Virus record (IMG/VR): IMGVR_UViG_3300008119_000003
Span: 32,001 to 96,000 of that record
Origin: a virus
Length of the DNA stretch: 64,000 nucleotides
Direction: 5' to 3' (one strand)
The notes beneath the pieces were generated by a model, which saw nothing but the letters and a program-made list of their open reading frames with translations, had not been told where the DNA came from and did not search any database. Shown here piece after piece: positions 43,442 through 53,164 of this stretch. Every line of letters starts with the position of its first letter. The first letter of the stretch is position 1. Both the position numbers and the translations under genes were made by a program.

Positions 43442-46192
43442 ATGCAGATATATAATGCAATGCAGATTAAGGCTGGGGCCAAGGTTGAGTACAACAAAAT
43501 GGGTACTCTTAACCAGCCTATTCAGTTTATTCCTAGAAGTGAGAAGGATACTGACTGGGCAGCCTGGAACCTAGACTGGTTAGAATGGAAAGGCTTACAG
43601 CACGTACGCCGTAATGCTCGTCGCCTGATGAAGAACTATAAACTTGCAAAAGGTATTATAGATAGGGGTGACTATATTATCGAAGAGGATAATGAATATG
43701 CGGATCTTATTGAAACCCTTACTAAAGAGGATGCATCAGCATTAGAGCTAAAGTTCTATCCTATTATTCCAAATGTTATTAATACTCTTGTTGCTGAATT
43801 TGCAAAACGTTCTAGCGCTATTACTTATAAGTCTGTTGATGAGACATCTTATAATGAAATGATGGAACTTAAGAGAAGTCAAATCGAAGATTCTCTTACT
43901 AAAGCAGCAGAACAACAATTAATGATGAAACTTGCTGAGGATGGTGTAGATGTTAATTCAGAAGAATATCAGCAAGCATTATCTCCAGAAAATGTTAAAT
44001 CTTTACCAGAGATCCAAGACTTTTTTACTAAGTCTTATAAGTCTTTAGTAGAGCAATGGGCGTCTCACCAACATCAGGTAGACGTAGAACGTTTTAAATT
44101 AGACGAGTTAGAGGAAAGAGGTTTCCGCGATATGTTGATTACAGACCGCGAGTTCTGGCATTTCCGTATGATGGAGGATGACTATGATCTAGAGTTATGG
44201 AATCCAGTACTTACATTCTACCATAAATCTCCTGATGCACGTTATATATCTCAGGGTCAATGGGTTGGTAAATATGATATGATGACCGTAGCAGATGTTA
44301 TTGACCGTTACGGATGGTTGATGACAGAGGAGCAGATGAATACTCTAGAGCAAATCTATCCTGTACGCTCTGCTGGTTACCCTATTCAAGGTTATCAAAA
44401 CGATGGTACCTATTATGACGGTACTAAGTCTCATGACTGGAATACCAATATGCCTTCTTTAGGATACCGTCAATATACTTCAATGTGGGATAATACTCTA
44501 CGCGGGGGAGATATTGTTAACTGGATTCTTTCAGATAGCGAAGACTGGTTCGATATGGGTATGACCAACTTACTACGTGTAACTACAGTTTACTGGAAGT
44601 CACAACGTAAAGTAGGGCATTTAACTAAGATCGATGATATGGGATCTGTTACTACGGATCTTATAGATGAATCATATAAGATTACGGATAAACCTCTTTA
44701 TAATACGGATCTCTTTAAAAATAAGACGAAGGATAACTTGTTATTCGGAGAACATATAGATTGGATCTGGATTAACGAAGTATGGGGAGGAGTAAAGATT
44801 GGACCTAACCATCCAACTTATTGGGGAACTAATAACCCAGGTGGTATTAATCCTATTTACTTAGGTATTAACCAGAATAATATTGCGCCAATAAAATTCC
44901 AGTTTAAAGGTGATGACAGCCTATACGGATGTAAGCTTCCTGTAGAAGGTTCTGTATTCTCAGACCGTAATACAAGATCTACATCTCTAGTAGACTTAAT
45001 GAAGCCTTTCCAGATTGGATATAACATTGTAAATAATCAGATTGCTGACATCCTTGTAGATGAATTAGGAACTGTTATCTTACTGGATCAGAATGCTTTA
45101 CCAAGACATTCTTTAGGAGAAGACTGGGGAAAGAACAACTTAGCCAAAGCATATGTGGCTATGAAGAACTTCCAGATGCTCCCATTAGATACTACTATTT
45201 CTAATACAGAGAATCCTTTAGCGTTCCAGCACTACCAGAAATTAGATCTAGAACAGACTAATCGTTTGATGTCTCGTATTCAATTAGCTCAGTATTTTAA
45301 AACACAGGCTTTCGAAGTAATTGGTATTACTCCACAACGACTTGGTCAGCAAATTGGTCAGCAAACTGCTACGGGGATTGAACAGTCTTTGAATGCATCT
45401 TATGCTCAAACTGAAACTTACTTTATACAACACTGTGATTATTTAATGCCTCGCGTACATGCTATGCGTACAGACTTAGCGCAGTACTATAACTCCACTA
45501 AACCATCAGTACGCCTACAATATATTACTTCAGCAGATGAAAGAAAGAATTTCGAGATTAATGGCACTGACCTTCTTCTTAGAGACCTTAATATTTTTTG
45601 TACTACTAAAGCTAATCATCGTTCCGTTTTGGAGCAGCTTAAACAAATGGCTGTTTCTAATAACACTTCTGGTGCTTCCATTTATGATCTGGGTAACATA
45701 CTTATGGCTGATTCGATTCCTGACGTTACTCAAATACTTAAGAAGACTGAAGCGAAAGCTCAGCAACAGCGTCAAGAGGAGATGCAGCAACAACAACAGA
45801 TGCAAGAACAAATGATTCAGGCTAAGCAAGAAGAGGCAAAAATGAAAATGGAGTTTGAAGCTGCTGAAAATGAGAAAGATAGACAGAATAGAATCTATGA
45901 GGCCAAGATTAAATCTGCCGGCTTTGGCGCTGCTGTAGATATTAATCAAAACCAGCAAAGTGATTATCAAGATGCTCTTAAAGAAATCAATCGTACTGAA
46001 GCTCAGAACGAAAACATTAATCTTCAAAGAGAAAAAGAAGTCTCTAGGATGACAGAGCATCGCGATAAGATGGGGATCGAACAAGAAAAAATTAATACGC
46101 AGCTAAAGATTGCGCAAACACAACTGGACATAGCTAGAGAAAATAAAAACAAATTTGACAAAAAGTCGAATGATAAGAATAAGAAAAAGTAA
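43442..46192 (+). CDS. Portal protein (crAss-like)
   Basis: 916 aa after TerL; FYPIIPNVIN, SLVDLMKPFQIGYN, IGITPQRLGQ and Q-rich coiled-coil C-terminus. Confidence 0.85.
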   Translation: MQIYNAMQIKAGAKVEYNKMGTLNQPIQFIPRSEKDTDWAAWNLDWLEWKGLQHVRRNARRLMKNYKLAKGIIDRGDYIIEEDNEYADLIETLTKEDASALELKFYPIIPNVINTLVAEFAKRSSAITYKSVDETSYNEMMELKRSQIEDSLTKAAEQQLMMKLAEDGVDVNSEEYQQALSPENVKSLPEIQDFFTKSYKSLVEQWASHQHQVDVERFKLDELEERGFRDMLITDREFWHFRMMEDDYDLELWNPVLTFYHKSPDARYISQGQWVGKYDMMTVADVIDRYGWLMTEEQMNTLEQIYPVRSAGYPIQGYQNDGTYYDGTKSHDWNTNMPSLGYRQYTSMWDNTLRGGDIVNWILSDSEDWFDMGMTNLLRVTTVYWKSQRKVGHLTKIDDMGSVTTDLIDESYKITDKPLYNTDLFKNKTKDNLLFGEHIDWIWINEVWGGVKIGPNHPTYWGTNNPGGINPIYLGINQNNIAPIKFQFKGDDSLYGCKLPVEGSVFSDRNTRSTSLVDLMKPFQIGYNIVNNQIADILVDELGTVILLDQNALPRHSLGEDWGKNNLAKAYVAMKNFQMLPLDTTISNTENPLAFQHYQKLDLEQTNRLMSRIQLAQYFKTQAFEVIGITPQRLGQQIGQQTATGIEQSLNASYAQTETYFIQHCDYLMPRVHAMRTDLAQYYNSTKPSVRLQYITSADERKNFEINGTDLLLRDLNIFCTTKANHRSVLEQLKQMAVSNNTSGASIYDLGNILMADSIPDVTQILKKTEAKAQQQRQEEMQQQQQMQEQMIQAKQEEAKMKMEFEAAENEKDRQNRIYEAKIKSAGFGAAVDINQNQQSDYQDALKEINRTEAQNENINLQREKEVSRMTEHRDKMGIEQEKINTQLKIAQTQLDIARENKNKFDKKSNDKNKKK

Positions 46193-46298
46193 GCTTTTGC
46201 TATAAAATCAGCTATATTTTTTCTAACTACTTAATTTTTAAAGTTTAAACCATAGATTTGCGTATATTAATATTGTAGAGAATTAAAAAACCAACCAT

Positions 46299-47513
46299 AT
46301 GTCTACACAGAATGCAGAAACTACCTCTATTGAACAAGTAGAGATGAACCTAGACGAGATTCTAGGAACCCCGGGAGCAGAAAACGTTATGCTTCCAGAA
46401 GAGGAGAAAAAGCCGAGCATGTTTAGCTCGCCTAAAGTAGACCTCAGTTTTGTTGACAAGGCCGACGATGAAGACGAAGGCGAAGAAAAAGAAACCGCAT
46501 CTATAGATGATGTAATTGGCGAAGTTGATCCTGATTCAGATTTCAGAAAAAAAGAAGAAGCTGATGATAAACCAAAGGCCGGAAGACCTAAGGTGGACAA
46601 AAGCGGAATGGCAGAGCTAGTTAATAAACTTATAGAAGCAGGTAAGTTAGTTCCGTTTGAGGACGAGAAACCTATGGAAGAGTATACCATTAAGGATTAC
46701 GAAGAACTTATTGAGGCAAACTTTGCTGAGATTGAGAACAAAGTAAGACAGGAGACTCCAGTAGAGTTTTTTGAATCTCTTCCAGAAGAACTTCAGTATG
46801 CAGCTAAATATGTGGCAGATGGAGGTCAGGATCTAAAAGGACTGTTTAAAATTCTTGCGCAAGCTGAAGAAGTTCGTGAATTAAATCCAAGTTCTGAGAG
46901 AGACCAAGAACAAATTGTACGTGAATATTTACGTGCAACTAACTTTGGTTCAGCAGAAGATATTGAAGAAGAGATCGACGGTTGGAGAGACCGTGGAGAC
47001 TTAGAAGCAAAAGCTCTTAAGTTTAAACCAAAGTTGGATAAAATGCAGGAGCATGTTGTAGCTCAGAGACTTGCTAAACAAGAGCAAATGAAGAGGCAAC
47101 AACAAGCAGCATCTGAAGCATATATGCAAAACGTATATAATACAGTTGCCGCTGCAGATCTAAACGGAATTAAGTTAGATAAACGTACGCAGAATATGAT
47201 TTATACAGGACTAGTACAACCTAGTTACCCGTCTATCTCAGGTAAGCAAACTAATCTATTAGGACATCTATTAGAGAAGTATCAATACGTTGAACCTAAC
47301 TATAATAAAATTGCTAAAGTACTTTGGTTACTTGCTGACGAGGAAGGATACGAATCGAAAGTAAAGGAACAAGGTAAAGCAGCACAAGTGGAGAAAACAG
47401 TACGTCAGCTTAAGACTGAACAAGCTAAGATGGCTACAAGTACTCCAGTTGTAGAGAAAGAAGAAACAACCCAAAGAAGAATCCCACGAAGTGGTAACTT
47501 CTTTAAACGATAA
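46299..47513 (+). CDS. Acidic scaffold-like protein preceding the major capsid protein
   Basis: E/D-rich N-terminus, helical, located between portal and MCP. Confidence 0.65.
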   Translation: MSTQNAETTSIEQVEMNLDEILGTPGAENVMLPEEEKKPSMFSSPKVDLSFVDKADDEDEGEEKETASIDDVIGEVDPDSDFRKKEEADDKPKAGRPKVDKSGMAELVNKLIEAGKLVPFEDEKPMEEYTIKDYEELIEANFAEIENKVRQETPVEFFESLPEELQYAAKYVADGGQDLKGLFKILAQAEEVRELNPSSERDQEQIVREYLRATNFGSAEDIEEEIDGWRDRGDLEAKALKFKPKLDKMQEHVVAQRLAKQEQMKRQQQAASEAYMQNVYNTVAAADLNGIKLDKRTQNMIYTGLVQPSYPSISGKQTNLLGHLLEKYQYVEPNYNKIAKVLWLLADEEGYESKVKEQGKAAQVEKTVRQLKTEQAKMATSTPVVEKEETTQRRIPRSGNFFKR

Positions 47514-47539
47514 AATAACCCTTAAATAAATAAATAAAA

Positions 47540-49159
47540 ATGCCAACTCCAGTTTTAAACAATGGTATATTTCTACGAGATACCAACTACGCCGCTAGTT
47601 CACACGTAGATTCTTACCACTTAGTTAACATGCTAAAGAATGCTGAGCCTATGGATTTAGGACCAGTAGATCTTTGGGCAATGGCTCAAAAAATTGAGAT
47701 GCCTTTGTACCAGATGTCTAGCTTCGGTGGAAAGAACGTAATTAATGTTGATAATGCTCGCGGAGAGTACAAATGGCAAACGCCAGTTGTATTAGATCTT
47801 CCTTACATTGTTGACGATGTTGAATTAAATGGAGCTACAGCAGTAGGTGCTGATGGTTCTCTATTTAAAATTAAACTTTCACGTCGCGAATTTGGACATG
47901 GTGATATCATCACTTATGACAAGTACAACGGTGCTGAAATGTACATCACTGCTGATGATATCTTCCCAGTAGGTGATGGTTTTGTGTATACTGTACAATT
48001 GGTAAACAACGATAACGCTTTTGCATTATCTTCTGCTTACCTTGCACCAGGTACTAAAATCTTCCGTAAAGGTTCTGCTCGTGGTGAGTACGGAGAGCGT
48101 TTCTCTGACATCACTACACAAGCTGGTTTCCGCGAATTCTACAACTTCGTAGGAGGAGCTGAAGCGCATGTACACTATTCTGTATCTTCTCGCGCTGATC
48201 TTATGATCAAAGGCGGAATGAATGCAGATGGTACTGTACCAGTTACTGAGATCTGGCGTAACTTTGACAAGAACATTGATCCATCTATCGCTAACCTAGA
48301 TTCTATGGTTTCACGTATGGGTAAGGATTACGTTAAACGTGCAATGGGTAACGGTTCTTTGTCTCGTACTTTCTTGACTACTATGGAAGCAGCTCACTTG
48401 ACTAAGGTAGCTAGCGACATTGAAACTTACTTAATGTGGGGACAAGGTGGACGCGTTCGTCAAGACGGTCCAGATGATGTACGTTTGTCAGTCGGTCTTT
48501 GGAAGCAATTGGACAACTCGTTCAAGCGCGTTTATAACAAATCTGGTTTCAACTTAGATTTGTTTCGTTCTGAATTATACAACTTCTATGCTGGTAAGGT
48601 TGACTTCCAAGGTCCAGATCCTAAGCGTCAGTTGATCGTACAAACAGGTATGGGCGGTATGCGCATGGTTAACGAAGCAATCAAACGTGAGGCTATGTCT
48701 TCAGGATTGTTGATCCAAGCTGCGGATATTGGAGCTATCACTGGTAAAGGTATGGATTTGAACTTCGGATTTGCTTACACTTCTTATGTTATCCCATTCT
48801 TGGCTAACGTTAAGTTCGTATTGAACCCAGCATTCGATAACTTACATACTAACGATATTGAAAACCCAATTATCGATGGTTTCCCATTGTCTTCTTATAG
48901 CTTCATCATCTTTGATATTACCGATAACACTAACGATAATATCTTCTTGTTGAAACTTAACTGGGATAACCAATTGAAATGGTGGTACCAAAACGGAACT
49001 ATGGATTACATGGGTCGTACTCAAGGATTCCAAAGTTCTGGACAGTTTAACGGATACCGCGTATATATGACACAAACAATGCCTGCAATCTGGGTTAAAG
49101 ACCCGACCAAAGTATTGAAAATCGTTATGCGTAACCCAGTTACTGGTGGATCATTCTAA
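47540..49159 (+). CDS. Major capsid protein (crAss-like)
   Basis: 539 aa; strongly biased codons, own terminator; EYKW, LMWG, GLWKQL and IWVKDPTK motifs. Confidence 0.85.
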   Translation: MPTPVLNNGIFLRDTNYAASSHVDSYHLVNMLKNAEPMDLGPVDLWAMAQKIEMPLYQMSSFGGKNVINVDNARGEYKWQTPVVLDLPYIVDDVELNGATAVGADGSLFKIKLSRREFGHGDIITYDKYNGAEMYITADDIFPVGDGFVYTVQLVNNDNAFALSSAYLAPGTKIFRKGSARGEYGERFSDITTQAGFREFYNFVGGAEAHVHYSVSSRADLMIKGGMNADGTVPVTEIWRNFDKNIDPSIANLDSMVSRMGKDYVKRAMGNGSLSRTFLTTMEAAHLTKVASDIETYLMWGQGGRVRQDGPDDVRLSVGLWKQLDNSFKRVYNKSGFNLDLFRSELYNFYAGKVDFQGPDPKRQLIVQTGMGGMRMVNEAIKREAMSSGLLIQAADIGAITGKGMDLNFGFAYTSYVIPFLANVKFVLNPAFDNLHTNDIENPIIDGFPLSSYSFIIFDITDNTNDNIFLLKLNWDNQLKWWYQNGTMDYMGRTQGFQSSGQFNGYRVYMTQTMPAIWVKDPTKVLKIVMRNPVTGGSF

Positions 49160-49182
49160 TCTTAAATAACCTGTAAAAAATT

Positions 49183-49213
49183 GGGGGAGGCTAAAAATCT
49201 CCCCCTTTTTTTA
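49183..49213 (+). terminator. Intrinsic terminator after the MCP gene
   Basis: GGGGGAG/CTCCCCC stem followed by T8. Confidence 0.8.
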
Positions 49214-49249
49214 CTACTTTTACAAAAACCAATTAATTAAAAACCAACA

Positions 49250-50269
49250 ATGGCGACAACATTTACAAAAGTCGAAAGGTATTCCGAAACTAAAAGGAGT
49301 CCAATCGCAATTAGACCCTACTTCGATGATCGTATCGGAAATATGGGATTAGAGAAATATGGTATGGCTCTTTACGAAGGAGTTAAACATATGGAACAAT
49401 TAGCATGTCTTGAATTCAACGGAATCAAGAGATATGTAACCGGACTTAACGAGTTTGCTCCAGAGATCAAGAGTATTCCTGATCCTGAATTAAGAGAAGC
49501 AATTATTCGTGATATCCGTAGCGTTATTGCAGAACTTGAAAAAGAACTTGCGGCTAACGTAATTGACGTTGAAGACAAAGACTTCTGGGCAAAAGTTAAA
49601 TTACTTAGACCGGATAACGATGACTTCTGGGGAAAGATTGAAATAAAAGCTGGAAACGAACCAATCTATTTGGATCCAAAAGATCCTTATGACTTGGTAA
49701 AACTTTACGCTATTAACGCTGGAGGTTTTAGTATTGTAGCGAGAAGCTATGAGGAAGCTAGATCAAAGATGCCTGCACCTAAGTTTTACTTAGACAAGCA
49801 TGTTGAAACTGTTTCTACCAAAACTGAAAGTAAGAAGTTACGTAATAAAGCTCTTGCTGAATTACAGAAGTTGTTCGATAAGAATACAAACAAACTTCTT
49901 TATATTGCTAAAGTTGTAGATACGGCTAGTGCTCAGTACAGAAAGAGTACTCCTAATGATGTTATTTATGACAATATGGATAACTTTATTAATGGTACAG
50001 GTTCTGAAAAGAATCCTAATCGTGCTGCACAAATGTTCTTAGACGCTGCTGGTTTAGGTATGGAAGTACTTAAATTAAAGGCTATGGTTAAGGACGCTAC
50101 GTTTTATAAATTTATTGTAACAAAAGCTGATGGGTTTGTATACACTGCTGAGAAAAATATTCTTTTGGGACGTAACCAAACGGATGCAGTAGAATATTTA
50201 AACAATCCTCTTCATGAAGATGTTTTGGTAGATTTGTTAAAAAAAGTAGAAAAATATTGGAATCAATAA
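49250..50269 (+). CDS. Conserved crAss-like protein downstream of MCP
   Basis: 339 aa; RYVTGLNE, FW..I.I....IYLDPKDP.D. Confidence 0.7.
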   Translation: MATTFTKVERYSETKRSPIAIRPYFDDRIGNMGLEKYGMALYEGVKHMEQLACLEFNGIKRYVTGLNEFAPEIKSIPDPELREAIIRDIRSVIAELEKELAANVIDVEDKDFWAKVKLLRPDNDDFWGKIEIKAGNEPIYLDPKDPYDLVKLYAINAGGFSIVARSYEEARSKMPAPKFYLDKHVETVSTKTESKKLRNKALAELQKLFDKNTNKLLYIAKVVDTASAQYRKSTPNDVIYDNMDNFINGTGSEKNPNRAAQMFLDAAGLGMEVLKLKAMVKDATFYKFIVTKADGFVYTAEKNILLGRNQTDAVEYLNNPLHEDVLVDLLKKVEKYWNQ

Positions 50270-50296
50270 CTATCTTATATATAAATACTTAAAGAA

Positions 50297-50485
50297 ATGA
50301 AAAATTCAGGTGCAAAAGGTATTGGTGGAAAATCCAATCCTAATAACATGGCAGTATTTAATGCTATTAAAAATTCTGCTGGTAAGTCTTCTGGTAAAGT
50401 AAACCCTAGCCCAGATGCTACAAAGAAGTCTAAAGGTAAATCATCAGGTGGGGTTAATAAACCACAACCTAAACCAGGACGTTAA
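50297..50485 (+). CDS. Small Lys/Gly/Ser-rich basic protein
   Basis: 62 aa. Confidence 0.6.
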   Translation: MKNSGAKGIGGKSNPNNMAVFNAIKNSAGKSSGKVNPSPDATKKSKGKSSGGVNKPQPKPGR

Positions 50486-50607
50486 TGGCTATCCTTACTA
50501 AACAGGAAGCTAAAAACTTAATTCATTATAAGAAGGCCTCTCCTCCTAAATTTGCAGGGGGAGGGACTTCTAAATGTGGCTTAGTTCAATCTTCTAAAAA
50601 GAAATAA
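50485..50607 (+). CDS. Small basic protein (40 aa)
   Basis: Manual translation MAILTKQEAKNLIHYKKASPPKFAGGGTSKCGLVQSSKKK; TAATG overlap. Confidence 0.6.
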   Translation: MAILTKQEAKNLIHYKKASPPKFAGGGTSKCGLVQSSKKK

Positions 50608-50608
50608 C

Positions 50609-50827
50609 ATGGCAGCTAAAAAATCAACTAGCCCTAGAAAATCTACTGCTTCAATCAGTATCTCTTCTCCAAATAAAGCGGAGATGCGTAAATGGGAAAT
50701 TGAATCAGCTATGAATACTTTACGTCGTGCAGAAGAAATTCGTAAGGACGCTAAGATGATGACTGATGTAAAGAAATTTGCCCAAGAACAAATCAAGATG
50801 CTAGGAGGCATGGTAAAAGGAAAATAA
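50609..50827 (+). CDS. Small basic protein
   Basis: 72 aa; WEIESAMNTLRRAEEIRKD. Confidence 0.7.
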   Translation: MAAKKSTSPRKSTASISISSPNKAEMRKWEIESAMNTLRRAEEIRKDAKMMTDVKKFAQEQIKMLGGMVKGK

Positions 50828-50828
50828 C

Positions 50829-50984
50829 ATGGCTAAAAAAGAAATGATTAAACGCAAGGACGGTAGCACATCTCAAAGAGGACTTTGGGATAACATCCGT
50901 GCTAATAAAGGTTCTGGAAAGAAACCTACAGCAGAAATGCTAAAGCAAGAAAAAAAGATTAACGCTAAATCTAAAAAGAAATGA
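50829..50984 (+). CDS. Small basic protein (51 aa)
   Basis: Manual translation MAKKEMIKRKDGSTSQRGLWDNIRANKGSGKKPTAEMLKQEKKINAKSKKK. Confidence 0.7.
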   Translation: MAKKEMIKRKDGSTSQRGLWDNIRANKGSGKKPTAEMLKQEKKINAKSKKK

Positions 50985-51169
50985 TGAAGAATATAAAAAA
51001 ACAAGATGCGGGCAAGAAGCCTAAATATGCTGCAGGAGGTTCTACTACTAGCAAGTTAGCTGGAATGTACGGTGATCCAAATAAAGTAACAAGAGGAGAT
51101 GTTATTACCGCTGCTAAGAAAAATGCAGGTACTATGAAAAGAGGCGGTGGTGTAAAAAAGAAATGTTAA
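50981..51169 (+). CDS. Small basic protein
   Basis: KYAAGG and MKRGG motifs. Confidence 0.65.
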   Translation: MMKNIKKQDAGKKPKYAAGGSTTSKLAGMYGDPNKVTRGDVITAAKKNAGTMKRGGGVKKKC

Positions 51170-51435
51170 TGACTAAGAAAGCTAAAGTATCTGCAGGAGG
51201 CGAGAAGCACGTAGTCTATAAAAAGACTACTAAGAGAGGAGAAGGTAAGGTTGGTAATATTATGGTTAACCATCCTACCAAAGATAAAGGCGAATGGGAT
51301 ACTATAGATCTTACTAAAAAAGCTGGTGCAAAGACAGTACGTGAAGGAGTAGCAGCTACAAAGAAATGGCATAAAGAAAACCCTTATCCTAAAGACAATG
51401 GCAAAAAGTCCGGCATGGCAAAGAAAAGAAGGTAA
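51163..51435 (+). CDS. Small basic protein
   Basis: 90 aa; IMVNHP...IDLTKKAGAKTVREGVAATKKWH. Confidence 0.65.
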   Translation: MLMTKKAKVSAGGEKHVVYKKTTKRGEGKVGNIMVNHPTKDKGEWDTIDLTKKAGAKTVREGVAATKKWHKENPYPKDNGKKSGMAKKRR

Positions 51436-51646
51436 GGCTCCAAGCGGAGGCCTTAACGCTAAAGGGCGTGCTTCTTATAATAGAGAAACTGGTGGGAACC
51501 TAAAAGCCCCACAACCAGAAGGCGGTTCTAGAAAGAAATCTTTCTGTGCTCGCATGTCTGGTATGAAAAAGAAACTAACCTCTTCAAAAACGGCTAATGA
51601 TCCTGATAGCAGAATCAATAAGTCACTTAGAAAATGGAAATGCTAA
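51398..51646 (+). CDS. Small basic conserved phage protein (DUF6321-like)
   Basis: MAKSPAWQRKEGK..SGGLNAKGRASY...RKKSFCARM...SLRKWKC. Confidence 0.75.
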   Translation: MAKSPAWQRKEGKAPSGGLNAKGRASYNRETGGNLKAPQPEGGSRKKSFCARMSGMKKKLTSSKTANDPDSRINKSLRKWKC

Positions 51647-51658
51647 AACTATAATACT

Positions 51659-51859
51659 ATGATGAAAGGTTGTGCAAAATGCGGAGGATCCTATAAGAGA
51701 GGAGGAAGTCATCCGGGATTTAAAGCAGTACAAGCAGGTATTGCAAAAAAGCAAGGAGTATCTAAAGAAGCTGCTGGAGCTATCTTAGCTTCTGCTGCTC
51801 GTAAGGCATCTTCTGCTGCTAAAAAAGCTAATCCTAAATTGAAACGCGTTAAAGGATAA
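51659..51859 (+). CDS. Small basic protein
   Basis: HPGFKAVQAGIAKKQGVSKEAAGAILA...KANPKLKRVKG. Confidence 0.7.
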   Translation: MMKGCAKCGGSYKRGGSHPGFKAVQAGIAKKQGVSKEAAGAILASAARKASSAAKKANPKLKRVKG

Positions 51860-52566
51860 TGAATAACACTACTCTACAGCTTAAGATTAAGCAAAGACTT
51901 AACAAGCTTGCTAGTAACGATTACGATAATTTCGAATGCTGGCAAATTGTAGAGGCTTTTAATAAAGCGCAGATTCAATGGGTTCGTCGTCAACTTATCG
52001 GAATGAATGCCGAAAAGCAAGGAGATGAACAATCTACTCGTAAAGTAGATGACCTTCAGAACTTATTAAAAGAAGTTTCAGTAGAGCTTTATCAAAAAAA
52101 TCTTTACCAGGAAACAGAGCTTCTTCCTGCAGACTATTTACAGTTTAAACGTATTGATGCTAATGCTAGAAAAGGATGCTGCGAAGATCCTCAGAGCATA
52201 ACTGTTACGTATTTAGCGGAAGAACAGAACGTTCCTGTTTATCTACAGGATTACTTACGTAAACCTAGTTTTGAATGGGGAGAAACTTTCTGTACTCTTG
52301 TTGGAGATAAAGTACGTATATATAATGACAATGATTTTGAAGTTGTTAACTGTTATTTGATGTATTATAGAAATCCAGTTATGATTCAAATCGCGGGTTG
52401 TACTGACCCGTATACCCTACAAGTATCTGCCGCTGATGTTATTTGCGAATTTGCAGATAATATAATTGAAGTACTTATAGACGAAACAGTACAAGTACTT
52501 GCAGGAGATATTGAATCGATGAATCAGTATTCTATTGCTAAATCATCTGGAGAAGAAAACACATAA
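51859..52566 (+). CDS. Putative head-tail ring or adaptor protein
   Basis: RLNKLASND...FNKAQ...DDLQNLL...LPADY...YYRNP pattern typical of crAss-like ring proteins. Confidence 0.6.
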   Translation: MNNTTLQLKIKQRLNKLASNDYDNFECWQIVEAFNKAQIQWVRRQLIGMNAEKQGDEQSTRKVDDLQNLLKEVSVELYQKNLYQETELLPADYLQFKRIDANARKGCCEDPQSITVTYLAEEQNVPVYLQDYLRKPSFEWGETFCTLVGDKVRIYNDNDFEVVNCYLMYYRNPVMIQIAGCTDPYTLQVSAADVICEFADNIIEVLIDETVQVLAGDIESMNQYSIAKSSGEENT

Positions 52567-52578
52567 TAACTAGAAATA

Positions 52579-53100
52579 ATGGCTGAACAACCAAGAAATT
52601 TACTAAAGCGAAATCCTGAACCTGTTAAAAAACTTAGCAGACCTGAGGTTGCTGTAACACAGCCTAAAGAGGAGCCGGCAAGACCGCAACCTACCGCTGA
52701 TACTGGAGTAGGGGGTAGTTCACTTGATAATATGACTGCTGCATGTGCAACAGAAATGATGAATGCTGCCGTAAGTTTTCACAGATTACATTTAAAGATA
52801 AAGGGTGACGGTTCTTATGCTGCTCACAAAGCTCTTGGTGATTTTTATGACGGACTACACGGACATGCTGATACTCTTGTAGAAAGTTATCAAGGCGCTG
52901 CCGAAAAACTTTTATCCTACAAAGACATGCCTATACGTACCTTAGATACTGTAGCGGATGCTGTAGCTTATCTTAGAGATATGTATAACTCTATTAGTAA
53001 ACTTCAAGGCATGTTGCCTTATTCAGAGATAGTTAATAACCTTGACTTAGTTAAGGATGCTATAAACTCTGCTAAATACAAACTACTTTTCTTGAAATAA
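52579..53100 (+). CDS. Ferritin/Dps-like four-helix protein (DUF5856-like)
   Basis: HRLHL...SYAAHKALGDFYD...DTLVESYQG...NSAKYKLLFL. Confidence 0.75.
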   Translation: MAEQPRNLLKRNPEPVKKLSRPEVAVTQPKEEPARPQPTADTGVGGSSLDNMTAACATEMMNAAVSFHRLHLKIKGDGSYAAHKALGDFYDGLHGHADTLVESYQGAAEKLLSYKDMPIRTLDTVADAVAYLRDMYNSISKLQGMLPYSEIVNNLDLVKDAINSAKYKLLFLK

Positions 53101-53164
53101 TTTGGAAGGAATAAAAACTTTCCTTATATTAACTATATATTTATAACCCTTAAAAACAAACAAC

